Made by a program: the position numbers and the translations under genes. From the NCBI GenBank assembly GCA_009377445.1, contig WHUA01000001.1, positions 902,725 to 966,724 of the forward strand: 64,000 bases of DNA. The letters run 5' to 3'. Origin of the DNA: Alphaproteobacteria bacterium. Its GTDB lineage: Bacteria; Pseudomonadota; Alphaproteobacteria; UBA8366. The notes beneath the pieces were generated by a model that saw only the letters and a list, made by a program, of their open reading frames with translations, was not told where the DNA came from and made no database searches. Below, piece after piece: positions 39,414 through 47,896 of the stretch (position 1 is the stretch's first letter; the number at the start of each line of letters is the position of its first letter).

Positions 39414-39680
39414 CGTCACCACCCGGCTTGACCGCTGGGCAATCGCCTTTACGCATCTTGCACGAATGCCGTGCGTTCTTCGACTGGCTCAGGATGAGGG
39501 AGAATCTTCGTGGCATTGAGAAAAAACCTCATGCTGAGCCTGTCGAAGCACGCACCCCTCTTGTCCCAATCGTCGCGTGCACCCGCAATTGCGATTCCCC
39601 TCGGCTTGACCGGGTGGTCCACGGCTCGGTCCCATGGATTCGCCGATCAAGTCGGCGAATGACGGTGTTTTTGTGTGGCC
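39414..39680 (-). repeat. Composite repeat block: a family-1 copy B (39437-39572, inverted relative to A and C) flanked by family-2 units (39414-39440, 39591-39680)
   Basis: 39487-39556 is the exact reverse complement of 50557-50626 (70/70 nt). 39637-39664 is the exact reverse complement of 31133-31160. Confidence 0.9.
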
Positions 39681-39771
39681 CATGGGGCGATGGGACGGTT
39701 CGAGCACGGCCGTGCCACACGAGACTGGCGCGTGCTACTCTCCTGGACAACGCGGCATAGGAGCGACGGCC

Positions 39772-40641
39772 ATGAAGATGGGAAAACACGGCGTCTGGTT
39801 CCCGACGCATTCTCTCGACAGGGCCGAGTTGGCCAAGCTGGCGCAGGGCGTCGAGCGGTTGAAATACGATGTGTTCTGGTATCCGGAATCGACCGGGCAC
39901 GAGTCGCTCTCGGTTGGCGGTTTTCTGCTCGGCGAAACGGACAAGCTTGCCGTGGCCAGCGGCATCGCCAACATCTACGCGCGCGACGCCTTCTCGGCGA
40001 TGGCCGGGCACAATACGCTGAACGCGCTCTACGGCGACCGCTTCGTGCTGGGCCTCGGCGTCTCGCACGTCCCGCTCGTCGAGGGCCGGCGCGGCCATAG
40101 ATACGGCAAGCCGCTCGGGACCATGCGCGCCTATCTCGACGCGATGGCGGCGGCGGATGTCGCCGTGAAGGCGCCGGGGCGCAATCTGGTGCTGGCGGCG
40201 CTCGGCCCGAAGATGCTGGCGCTATCGCGCGACAAGACCGACGGCGCGCTGCCCTACAACGTGACGCCCGAGCATACGGTCGAGGCGAAGGCGATCCTCG
40301 GCCGCGACCGCTGGCTCTGCGTCGAGCAGATGGTGTGCCTGACCGGCGACGCCGGCACGGCGCGCCAGGTGGCGGGGAAAACGCTCGCGCGCTACATGGT
40401 CATGCCGAACTACCGCAACAACTGGCTGCGTCTCGGCTTCGGCGAGGACGAGATGACGGGAAGAGGAAGCGACCGCTTCCTCGACGCGATGGTCGCCTGG
40501 GGAAGCGCAGCTACGATCCGTGCGCGGGTGAAGGCGCACTTCGATGCCGGCGCGACGCATGTGTGCATCCAGCCGCTGAACCCCGACGGCAGCGCCGCGC
40601 CGGATTGGAAGGCGCTGGAGGCGCTTGCGCCGGCCGCCTGA
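39772..40641 (+). CDS. LLM-class oxidoreductase (resembles the family annotated as TIGR03620 F420-dependent)
   Basis: ATG 39772 in frame with ORF 39634..40641. 289 aa. N-terminus MKMGKHGVWFPTHSLDRAELAKLAQGVERLKYDVFWYPES. Family recall only; the cofactor is not determinable here. Confidence 0.7.
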   Translation: MKMGKHGVWFPTHSLDRAELAKLAQGVERLKYDVFWYPESTGHESLSVGGFLLGETDKLAVASGIANIYARDAFSAMAGHNTLNALYGDRFVLGLGVSHVPLVEGRRGHRYGKPLGTMRAYLDAMAAADVAVKAPGRNLVLAALGPKMLALSRDKTDGALPYNVTPEHTVEAKAILGRDRWLCVEQMVCLTGDAGTARQVAGKTLARYMVMPNYRNNWLRLGFGEDEMTGRGSDRFLDAMVAWGSAATIRARVKAHFDAGATHVCIQPLNPDGSAAPDWKALEALAPAA

Positions 40642-40704
40642 GCCACGCCGGTTTGCCCGCCGCCGGCTTTCCGGAGATGATGCGGGAAAGGAAGGAGGGT
40701 TCAA

Positions 40705-41571
40705 ATGGCGCTCAACCTTCGCACGCTGCACCCGCTATACGGCGTCGAGGTCGTCGGCGTCGACGTGGCGAAGCCGGTCGGCGACACGGTTTTCGCCGAG
40801 ATCCGCGCCGCGCTGGACGAGCGCTCGCTGCTGCTGTTCCGCGGCCTCGACATGACGGACGAGCGGCAGATCGCGTTCAGCGAGCGCTTCGGACCGCTGC
40901 TGCGGGCGACCAGCAACAATCCCGGCGGCGGCACGCCCTTCTCCCGGCAATCGAACCTCGACGTCAAATCCGGCGCATTCATCCCGGCCGGCGACAAGCG
41001 CATGCGCTATCAGAAGGCGAACGAGCAGTTCCATTCCGACGGCTCCTACCGCGTCGTGCCGGCGCTCTGCTCGCTGCTGTCGGGCCGGGTGGTTCCGCCG
41101 GAGGGCGGCGCCACGGAAATCACGACGATGCGCGGGGCGTGGGACGCATTGCCGGAAGCGAAGCGCCGGCCGCTCGAAGGGCTGGTCGCGGTCCACAATC
41201 TCTATCACTCGCGCAGCCTCGTGGACCCGACCGTGATGAACGAGGTGCAGAAGAACGAGACGCCGCCGGTTCGCCAGGCGGTCGTGCGCAGCAATCCGGT
41301 GAACGGCCGGAAGACGCTGTTCATCGGCGCGCACGCGTCGCATATCGTCGGCTGGCCGGTCGAGGAAGGGCGGGCGCTGTTGAACGAGCTGATGGCCTTC
41401 TGCGCGCAACCGCAGTTCGTCTACCGCCATGAATGGCGTGAGGGCGATCTTCTCGTCTACGACAACCGCTGCCTGCTGCACCGGGCGACGCCCTACGACA
41501 TCGCGCGCTACAAGCGCGTCCTGCAGCGGACGACGGTGTCGGACTCGGGGCCGACGGCGCCGCAGGAATAG
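40705..41571 (+). CDS. TauD/TfdA-family Fe(II)/2-oxoglutarate dioxygenase (paralogue 4)
   Basis: ORF 40705..41571, GGAGGG SD upstream. FHSDGSY ... VYDNRCLLHRA. Confidence 0.85.
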   Translation: MALNLRTLHPLYGVEVVGVDVAKPVGDTVFAEIRAALDERSLLLFRGLDMTDERQIAFSERFGPLLRATSNNPGGGTPFSRQSNLDVKSGAFIPAGDKRMRYQKANEQFHSDGSYRVVPALCSLLSGRVVPPEGGATEITTMRGAWDALPEAKRRPLEGLVAVHNLYHSRSLVDPTVMNEVQKNETPPVRQAVVRSNPVNGRKTLFIGAHASHIVGWPVEEGRALLNELMAFCAQPQFVYRHEWREGDLLVYDNRCLLHRATPYDIARYKRVLQRTTVSDSGPTAPQE

Positions 41572-41581
41572 CGCCGCCGTC

Positions 41582-42769
41582 TCAGTCCGCGCTCATCGCC
41601 ATCGGCCGGTCGTGCAGCTCCTGGAGGCGCGGCAACACTTCCTTCGAGAACAGCGTCAGGTTCGCGACCGTGTCCGCGTGCGACAGGTTTCCGCCTTGTC
41701 CCATCATGAGCAGGTGCCCGAACCCGCCGGTCAGATCGTAGAAGCGCGCGATCTGGTCGTAGACCTGGTCCGGCGTGCCGGCGAACACGCTGCACGCGTC
41801 GACGAAATCCCGCACCGTGGCCTTCTTCTGGTCGATCAATCGGCCGTCCGGCGTCTTGAGGGGGCGGTTCCCGGCATTGGGCCCGGCGCGGATGGTGGCG
41901 ATCTCGGCCGGGATCTTTTTGTAGCCCGGCGGGCTCGCGAACTCCTTCGCCACGATGGGGCTGGTGCGGATGTAGTCGGCGATCTGGTCGGCGCGGCGCA
42001 GGCCTTCTTCCTCCGTATCGCCGACGCCGACGACGGCGCAATAGGCGAAGCGGTCGATCGTCGGCGTCCAGCCGGTCGCGCGCGCACGGTCGCGATAGGC
42101 TTTGAACAGGTCTTTGGCGATCACGCCCGAGATCAGGGTCGCGATGACGTGACGTTGGTCGGCGATGCGCGGCGCGCTGCTCGGGCTCGTCGCCGTCACC
42201 CAAACCGGCGGATGCGGGTCCTGATACGGGCGCGGCCAGATGTTGACCTTGCGGTAGTGGTAGTTCTGGCTCTCCCAACTGAACGGGCCGTCGCGCGTGG
42301 ACATCGCCTTGAGGACCAGGTCGTGCGCTTCCCAGAAGCGCTCCATCTGGCCGACCGGCCGCGCGTTGGTGGGCGCGATCTCGTAGGGCGAGCCGCGCAC
42401 CAGGCCCATGTCGAGCCGGCCGCGAGAGATCACGTCGATCATCGCCATCTCCTCGGCGACGCGCACCGGGTTTGGCCGGTTGGCGATCGGCACGCCGAGC
42501 GCCAGCAGCCGCGCCTTCTTCGTCGTGCGCGCCAGGATGGCGAGCGGCAGCGAGCAGGCCGGGTTGACGCAGGTCGCCGTCGCGTGATGCTCGTTGACCA
42601 TGATGTTGAGGCCGAGCTCGTCGCACAGCACCCACTCGTCGAAGAAGCGCTCGTAGAGGTCGGCGCCCAGGACGGGGTCGTACTCCCGGTTGGGGATGCT
42701 CACGCGGAGCGAGGGTCGCCCTTCCCAGACCTGCGGGTAGGGCATCTCGGAAAAATGATAGACCTGCAT
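41582..42769 (-). CDS. LLM-class flavin-dependent oxidoreductase
   Basis: ORF 41582..42769, 395 aa: LGLNIMVNEHH, RLDMGLVRG, HPPVWV. Confidence 0.8.
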   Translation of the reverse strand: MQVYHFSEMPYPQVWEGRPSLRVSIPNREYDPVLGADLYERFFDEWVLCDELGLNIMVNEHHATATCVNPACSLPLAILARTTKKARLLALGVPIANRPNPVRVAEEMAMIDVISRGRLDMGLVRGSPYEIAPTNARPVGQMERFWEAHDLVLKAMSTRDGPFSWESQNYHYRKVNIWPRPYQDPHPPVWVTATSPSSAPRIADQRHVIATLISGVIAKDLFKAYRDRARATGWTPTIDRFAYCAVVGVGDTEEEGLRRADQIADYIRTSPIVAKEFASPPGYKKIPAEIATIRAGPNAGNRPLKTPDGRLIDQKKATVRDFVDACSVFAGTPDQVYDQIARFYDLTGGFGHLLMMGQGGNLSHADTVANLTLFSKEVLPRLQELHDRPMAMSAD

Positions 42770-42784
42770 TTGAGTCTTCCTCCC

Positions 42785-43552
42785 TCAGCCTTCGATGAAG
42801 GCGCGCACCTGATCCGCGCTCGACTGCGGCTGCTCGATTTGCGGATAGTGGCCGGCGTTGGCGATGGTCTTGAACCGCGCGCCGGGGATACGCTCGGCAT
42901 AGGCGCGGCCATACTCGGGACTGACGATGCCGTCCCGTTCGCCCCACAGGACCAGCGTCGGGATCGCGATCCGGTGCAGCCAGCGCGTCAGCACCGGATT
43001 GTGCATGTAGGGCCGCCAGCCGTAATGCGCGAAGGCCTCGCGCGTGCGGACGATTCCCGTCAGCGTCCGGTCGTCGAGTTTCATGAGGTCGCGCTGCCGG
43101 CCTTCCGGGTTCGCCCACTTCATCTTTTCGAGCAGCCCGGCATCCGTGTTGTGGAAATCGGCGATGTCGCGGTCCGTCGGGCCGCCGAGCCGGATGCCGA
43201 GCGGGTCGATCAGCACCATGCGGCCGATGCGCCGGCTGCCGCGCACCGCCATCTCCGCCGCGATCCAGCCGCCGAAGGAGGCGCCGATCAGCACAGCGTC
43301 CTTAAGATCCAGCTCGTCCAGGAAATCGAGGTAGAAATAGGCGAGGTCGTCGACCGAGTCCCAGCCCTTGGGAAAATCCGAATGGCCGAAGCCCGGATGC
43401 CAGGGCGCGAGCACGTCGTATTTCTGCTTCAGGAGGGCGAGGAACGGGTCTTCGTCGACGAAGCCATCGCCGGGGTGGAGGTAGAGGACCGGGCGGCCGC
43501 TCCCTTCCCGCCACAGGTCAATTCCGTTGCCGCGTATCGAAAGTCTCTGCAT
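42785..43552 (-). CDS. Alpha/beta hydrolase
   Basis: ORF 42785..43552, 255 aa. HPG oxyanion region LYLHPGDG, nucleophile elbow GASFGG, C-terminal ...AGHYPQIEQP. Confidence 0.8.
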   Translation of the reverse strand: MQRLSIRGNGIDLWREGSGRPVLYLHPGDGFVDEDPFLALLKQKYDVLAPWHPGFGHSDFPKGWDSVDDLAYFYLDFLDELDLKDAVLIGASFGGWIAAEMAVRGSRRIGRMVLIDPLGIRLGGPTDRDIADFHNTDAGLLEKMKWANPEGRQRDLMKLDDRTLTGIVRTREAFAHYGWRPYMHNPVLTRWLHRIAIPTLVLWGERDGIVSPEYGRAYAERIPGARFKTIANAGHYPQIEQPQSSADQVRAFIEG

Positions 43553-43672
43553 GCCGGTTCCGGGGCCCTCGGGGTCATGGATCTAGCCCCTAAATTGGGC
43601 CGCCGGGCGAGCCGGAGTCAAATTGCCGGGCCTTCGCCACTTTCCGGGTGGACATGCAGAAACGGCGGAGAG

Positions 43673-44536
43673 CTACGCCGGGCGCTCGCCCTTGATCTGG
43701 ACGCGGTGCATCATCCGCCGGCTCGCCGGATCGAATCCGTCGCGCCGGTGAAGCACGCATCGGTTGTCCCAGACAAGCACGTCCCCCTCGCGCCAACGAT
43801 GCGTCCAGGCGAAGGAGGGTTGCGACGCATGCGCCCACAGCCGGTCCAGCGTCGCCTCGCTGTCTTCCAGGCAGAGGCCGAGGATGCAGCCGTTTCGCCT
43901 GCGGCCGAGATAGAGGCATTTGCGTCCGGTGACGGGGTGCGTGCGGACGACCGGATGGCGCGCGCCCGGCGCCTCGCGCGGATCGGCGACCTCCTCGAAG
44001 CCTTTCCGCATCTGCCCGGCGCTGTTGTAGGTCTCGTCATGGACCATCAGCCGGCCCTCGATCTTCGCGTGCAGGTCGTGGGGCAGCGTGTCGTAGGCGC
44101 GATATTGATTGGCGAAAGACGTGTCGCCGCCGCGGGGCGGGATCTCCCAGGCATGGAGTATCGCGGCGGAAACAGGTGTTTCCCGATACGACATGTCCGT
44201 GTGCCAGATCGCCTCGCCGTCGCCGAGATTGCCGAGCGGCGTGCCGTCGCCCGACTTGAGGTTCGAGATCACCAGGACGTCCGGATAATCGTCGAGATAG
44301 GGCTTGCCGATGATGCTCATGCCCGGCGGCTCCAGCTCGCCGAAGCGCTTGCCGAAGGCGATCAGCTCGGGATCGCTCAGGTCCTGGTCCCGGATCAGGA
44401 TCACGAGATGGTCGTGATAGGCCTGCCGGATGCGCTCGAATGCATCGGGCGAAAGCCTGGTCAGGTCGACGCCCTTGATCTCCGCGCCCAGGGCTTTGCC
44501 CGAAGGCAGGACCTCGATCGACGGCGCTGCCGGCAT
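43673..44536 (-). CDS. TauD/TfdA-family Fe(II)/2-oxoglutarate dioxygenase (paralogue 5)
   Basis: ORF 43673..44536, GGAGG SD 8 nt upstream. WHTDMSY ... VWDNRCVLHRR. Confidence 0.85.
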   Translation of the reverse strand: MPAAPSIEVLPSGKALGAEIKGVDLTRLSPDAFERIRQAYHDHLVILIRDQDLSDPELIAFGKRFGELEPPGMSIIGKPYLDDYPDVLVISNLKSGDGTPLGNLGDGEAIWHTDMSYRETPVSAAILHAWEIPPRGGDTSFANQYRAYDTLPHDLHAKIEGRLMVHDETYNSAGQMRKGFEEVADPREAPGARHPVVRTHPVTGRKCLYLGRRRNGCILGLCLEDSEATLDRLWAHASQPSFAWTHRWREGDVLVWDNRCVLHRRDGFDPASRRMMHRVQIKGERPA

Positions 44537-44627
44537 GGATTGGGCCTCCTCGATTTGTTAAGGCGGGCTCCGATCGGATATATGATTGGCGCGCCGCCAG
44601 GGCAAGCGGGCCATTCCGGAGACGACG

Positions 44628-46019
44628 ATGACGGAGAAAACGAATCTGACCGAGGCGCTCGCCCGGTTCGCGGTCGAGACGCCGGCAAGCGCGATTCCGG
44701 AAGCCGCCTACGATAAAGCGGCGAAGGCGATCGTCGATACCGTCGGCTGCATCCTCGCGGGCAGCGTCGCAGACGTGTCCGAGCCGCTGCTGCGCTATCT
44801 CGGGCAGATCGAGGGCGAGGGCAGCCGCCCCGTGCTGGCGACCGGCAAGACCGCGCCGGCCGAGATCGCGGCGATGGTCAACGGCACCTTCGGGCACGCG
44901 CTCGATTTCGACGACGTGCTGTCGATGATGCCGGCCCATCCCAGCACGGTCGTGCTTCCCGCCCTGTTCGCCTGCCTGCCGAAGGGCACTTCGGGGCAGG
45001 CCTTCCTCGAAGCCTATATCTTCGGCGTAGAGACCGGGGCGAAGATCGGCCTCGGCATCGGCAACGGGCATTACCGGCGGGGCTGGCACGCCACGGGAAC
45101 GCTTGCTGTCTTTTCCGCCGTCTCGGCCCTGGCGCGCCTGCTCGGGCTCGATGTGGCGACGACACGGGGCGCCTTCGGCGTCGCGGCGTCCACGGCGAGC
45201 GGGCTCCGCTGCAACTTCGGCACGATGACGAAGCCGCTGCACGCGGGATGGGCGGCGCGCAACGCGGTCGCCGCGGTGCGCCTGGCGGCGTCAGGCTTCT
45301 CCGCCGCACCCGATGCGATGGAAGCCACGGCCGGATTCTTTTCGACCTACGGCACCGAGCAGTCGGACATGGATCGCGCCGTCAAGGCCCTGGGCCGGCC
45401 CTTCATCTTCGTCGATCCCGGCCTGGCGCTGAAGAAGTACCCTTGCTGTTACGCGCTGCACCGACCGATCGACGCCATGCTGGCGCTGCGGGAGACGCTG
45501 TCGCTCACGCCCGACAACACGGAGTCGATCTTCTGCCGCGTCGCCCCCGGCGCGCTGCGCGTGCTGCCCTATACGAGCCCCAAGACCGGCCTGGAAGGCA
45601 AGTTCAGCATGGAATACACGCTTGCCGTGGGCGTACTCGACGGGCGTTTCGACCTGGCGGCCTACGGCGACGAAGGCGTCGCCCGCCCCGGCATCGCCGC
45701 GCTGCTGCCGCGTATGCGGAAGGAAGAGAGCGACGGATGTCTCGGCGGCGAGAAAGACCCCGGCGCCCGCAGCTCCGGCACCATCGGTTTCGTCGAGGTC
45801 ACGGCGCGCCGCCGCGACGGGGCGGAAGAGACGGTCCGTGTCGACAAGCCGACCGGTTCGCCGGAACGGGAGTTGAGCTGGGCCGACCTGGAGGCGAAGT
45901 TCTCCGATTGCGCCGGCCAGCCCCGCCTGGCCGCCAATTCCGCGGCCGACAGCTTCGCGGCATGGCGTTCGCTCCGCCGCAGCAAGGACGTCACCGCGTT
46001 GCTCGCGCCGCTGTCCTAG
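44628..46019 (+). CDS. MmgE/PrpD-family protein (paralogue 1)
   Basis: ATG 44628 in frame with ORF 44586..46019. 463 aa: GTFGHALDFDD, RRGWHATGTLAVFSA, TMTKPLHAGWAARN. Confidence 0.8.
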   Translation: MTEKTNLTEALARFAVETPASAIPEAAYDKAAKAIVDTVGCILAGSVADVSEPLLRYLGQIEGEGSRPVLATGKTAPAEIAAMVNGTFGHALDFDDVLSMMPAHPSTVVLPALFACLPKGTSGQAFLEAYIFGVETGAKIGLGIGNGHYRRGWHATGTLAVFSAVSALARLLGLDVATTRGAFGVAASTASGLRCNFGTMTKPLHAGWAARNAVAAVRLAASGFSAAPDAMEATAGFFSTYGTEQSDMDRAVKALGRPFIFVDPGLALKKYPCCYALHRPIDAMLALRETLSLTPDNTESIFCRVAPGALRVLPYTSPKTGLEGKFSMEYTLAVGVLDGRFDLAAYGDEGVARPGIAALLPRMRKEESDGCLGGEKDPGARSSGTIGFVEVTARRRDGAEETVRVDKPTGSPERELSWADLEAKFSDCAGQPRLAANSAADSFAAWRSLRRSKDVTALLAPLS

Positions 46020-47665
46020 AATCCGCCGCCCCGCCGCTCGCTGCCGGAATTCGCGGAAGGCGGCTCGGCCGGTGGCCGGATCAGGAATACCAGCGGCAGC
46101 ATCAGCAGCATCAGCACCGTCATCAGGCGGAAGTCGTGCAGGTAGGCGATGAACTCCGCCTGCTTGTCGACGATCCGCTGAATGCTGAGCAGGCCCTCCG
46201 CATTGTCCAGATTCCAGTTGTCGGGCATCGGCATGAGGTGCAGGCGCTCGTTGTAGATGCTGATGTTCTCCATCAGCACGGAGCGGGCGTCCCGCGTGCT
46301 GTGGGCGAGCTGCGCGACCAGGACCGAGACGCCGATGCTGGAGCCAAGGCGGCGGGAGAGGCTGAGGATGCTCGTCGCATCCGGCCGCATGGAGTGCGGC
46401 ATCGACTGGAAGGATACGGCCAGGATCGATACCGACAGGAAGCCGAAGCCCGCGCCCTGGATAAAGATGGCCAGCACGACGCTCCACATGTCGATGTCCG
46501 GCGTGAAGGTCGACATCAACGCCGTCGACAGCGCGATGAGGATGACGCCGCCAGCGACGATCGGCTTTGCCGGATAGCGGAGCATCAGGAAGCCGGCGAT
46601 CAGCGACGACACCATCGTGCCGACGCCGCGCGGCGTCATGACGATGCCGGCGGTAAGCACGGGATAGCCCATATGGTTCTGAAGGATCGGCGGGATAAGG
46701 CCGGCGTAGCCGAAGACCATGAAGTTGAGAAGGAAGCCCAGCAAAAGGCCGATCAGAAATTCCCGATTCCGGAAGACCCGCGGATTCAGATAGGCGTTGC
46801 GCGCCGTCATCAGGTGGATGCCGAAGACGTAGAAGGACACGAGCCCCGCCAGGCCGAGCAGGACGATCTCGTCCGAATCGAACCAGTCCTCCTTGTCGCC
46901 CCAGTCGAGCATGAGCTGGAAGGCGCCGATGCAGATGCTGAGGAAGATGAATCCGAAGAGGTCGAACTGTTTCCGCGCTTCCGCCTGGCCCGACGGAACG
47001 TATCGGTAGATCAGCAGCAGTGCGAGAATGCCGAGCGGCAGGTTGGCGAGAAACACGAGGCGCCAACTGAAGTACTCGGTGAGCACGCCGCCGAGGATCG
47101 GGCCGACGATGATGCCACTCATGCGGCCGGTGGTCAGCCAGCCGAAGGCCGTGCCCTGATGCTCGCGCGGAAAGGTGGCGAGCACGGTCTGCATCAGCAG
47201 CGGATTGAAGCCGGCGCCGAAAAACCCCTGTATGAAGCGGAAGATGACGATTTCGATCAGCGAATGCGATTGCGCGATCAGCAGCGCCGTTCCGCAGGTG
47301 CCGACGATGATGATCATGAAGAGCTGCTTGCGCGGAATCCGCCGGCTGAGCCACGCATAGAGCGGCGTGAAGATGGCGGACGCCACGAGGTAGGAGGTCA
47401 GGATCCACGAAATCTCCGTCAGGGTCGCCGAGAGCGCCCCCTGCATGCTGGGCAACGCGACGCTGACGGCGAAAGTATCCAGGCCGCTCAGCATGCCGGC
47501 GGGAAGAATGCCAAGCGCGACGGCGACACGCTCGCTGGGCTTCAGCAGGGCTTCCGGTTCGTCTGTGCTGGATGATTGGGCCTCGGTTGCGGTCAAGTAT
47601 ACCTCATCGGTCGCGGCAGCGGGTCCCGCCGGCGCAGATGCCGGGGGCGCGCGGAAAATCACCAA
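46016..47665 (-). CDS. MFS transporter, DHA2 (EmrB/QacA-like, about 14 TMS)
   Basis: ORF 46016..47665. Repeated hydrophobic segments and an MFS motif region (GWLTTGRMSGIIVGPILGG). The start is uncertain: a TTG at 47665, with the first ~45 aa low-complexity. Confidence 0.75.
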   Translation of the reverse strand: MVIFRAPPASAPAGPAAATDEVYLTATEAQSSSTDEPEALLKPSERVAVALGILPAGMLSGLDTFAVSVALPSMQGALSATLTEISWILTSYLVASAIFTPLYAWLSRRIPRKQLFMIIIVGTCGTALLIAQSHSLIEIVIFRFIQGFFGAGFNPLLMQTVLATFPREHQGTAFGWLTTGRMSGIIVGPILGGVLTEYFSWRLVFLANLPLGILALLLIYRYVPSGQAEARKQFDLFGFIFLSICIGAFQLMLDWGDKEDWFDSDEIVLLGLAGLVSFYVFGIHLMTARNAYLNPRVFRNREFLIGLLLGFLLNFMVFGYAGLIPPILQNHMGYPVLTAGIVMTPRGVGTMVSSLIAGFLMLRYPAKPIVAGGVILIALSTALMSTFTPDIDMWSVVLAIFIQGAGFGFLSVSILAVSFQSMPHSMRPDATSILSLSRRLGSSIGVSVLVAQLAHSTRDARSVLMENISIYNERLHLMPMPDNWNLDNAEGLLSIQRIVDKQAEFIAYLHDFRLMTVLMLLMLPLVFLIRPPAEPPSANSGSERRGGGF

Positions 47666-47896
47666 GCGAAAACGGCGCTTGCCCCAAGATGAATGCGGTC
47701 AACGCGTATGATCGAAGCGCCAAGCGGAACCCGGCGGAGCGGGACGTGACGCCATTCTACAGCAAATCCCCGTCGGAACAGAAGCGCCGCATGAATGCGT
47801 CATCGAGGTCCTATTGTGCGGTCTGGCGTACTGTGTAGAAATCGTGCTTCGCCGCCGTTCTCCGGCGGCAAACGAATTGAACGACGGAGGAATTGC

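Noticed and set aside
39398-39760. 120-aa ORF, and similar ORFs at 17581..17949, 50217..50603 and 39489..39707, that look like conserved small proteins
   Set aside because: They are translations of the family-1 and family-2 intergenic repeats (peptides such as LRMRENLRGIEKKPHAEPVEA). The same DNA occurs in both orientations, which is incompatible with a conserved coding frame.
41429-44716. 1095-aa ORF on the plus strand, the longest in the track
   Set aside because: It runs antisense to three well-supported genes (LLM 41582-42769, hydrolase 42785-43552, TauD 43673-44536). It is Arg/Ala/Gly/Asp-rich low-complexity sequence with no motif, which is a typical high-GC antisense open frame.
46016-46019. 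Convergent PrpD-like and MFS genes share overlapping stop codons in the palindrome CTAG
   Set aside because: It is real in the sequence but is most simply a coincidence of tight convergent packing, with no evidence of function.
45248-47575. 775-aa plus-strand and 705-aa minus-strand (45291..47408) ORFs
   Set aside because: They overlap the PrpD-like gene and the MFS gene in alternative frames. The MFS frame gives coherent TM helices, whereas these give Arg/Pro/Gly-rich sequence.
47715-47790. Two GGAAC pentamers upstream of the ADH gene, and another at 60780-60784, as further EcfG promoters
   Set aside because: None has CGTT at 16-17 nt. The nearest matches are CGTC at 18 nt, or nothing.
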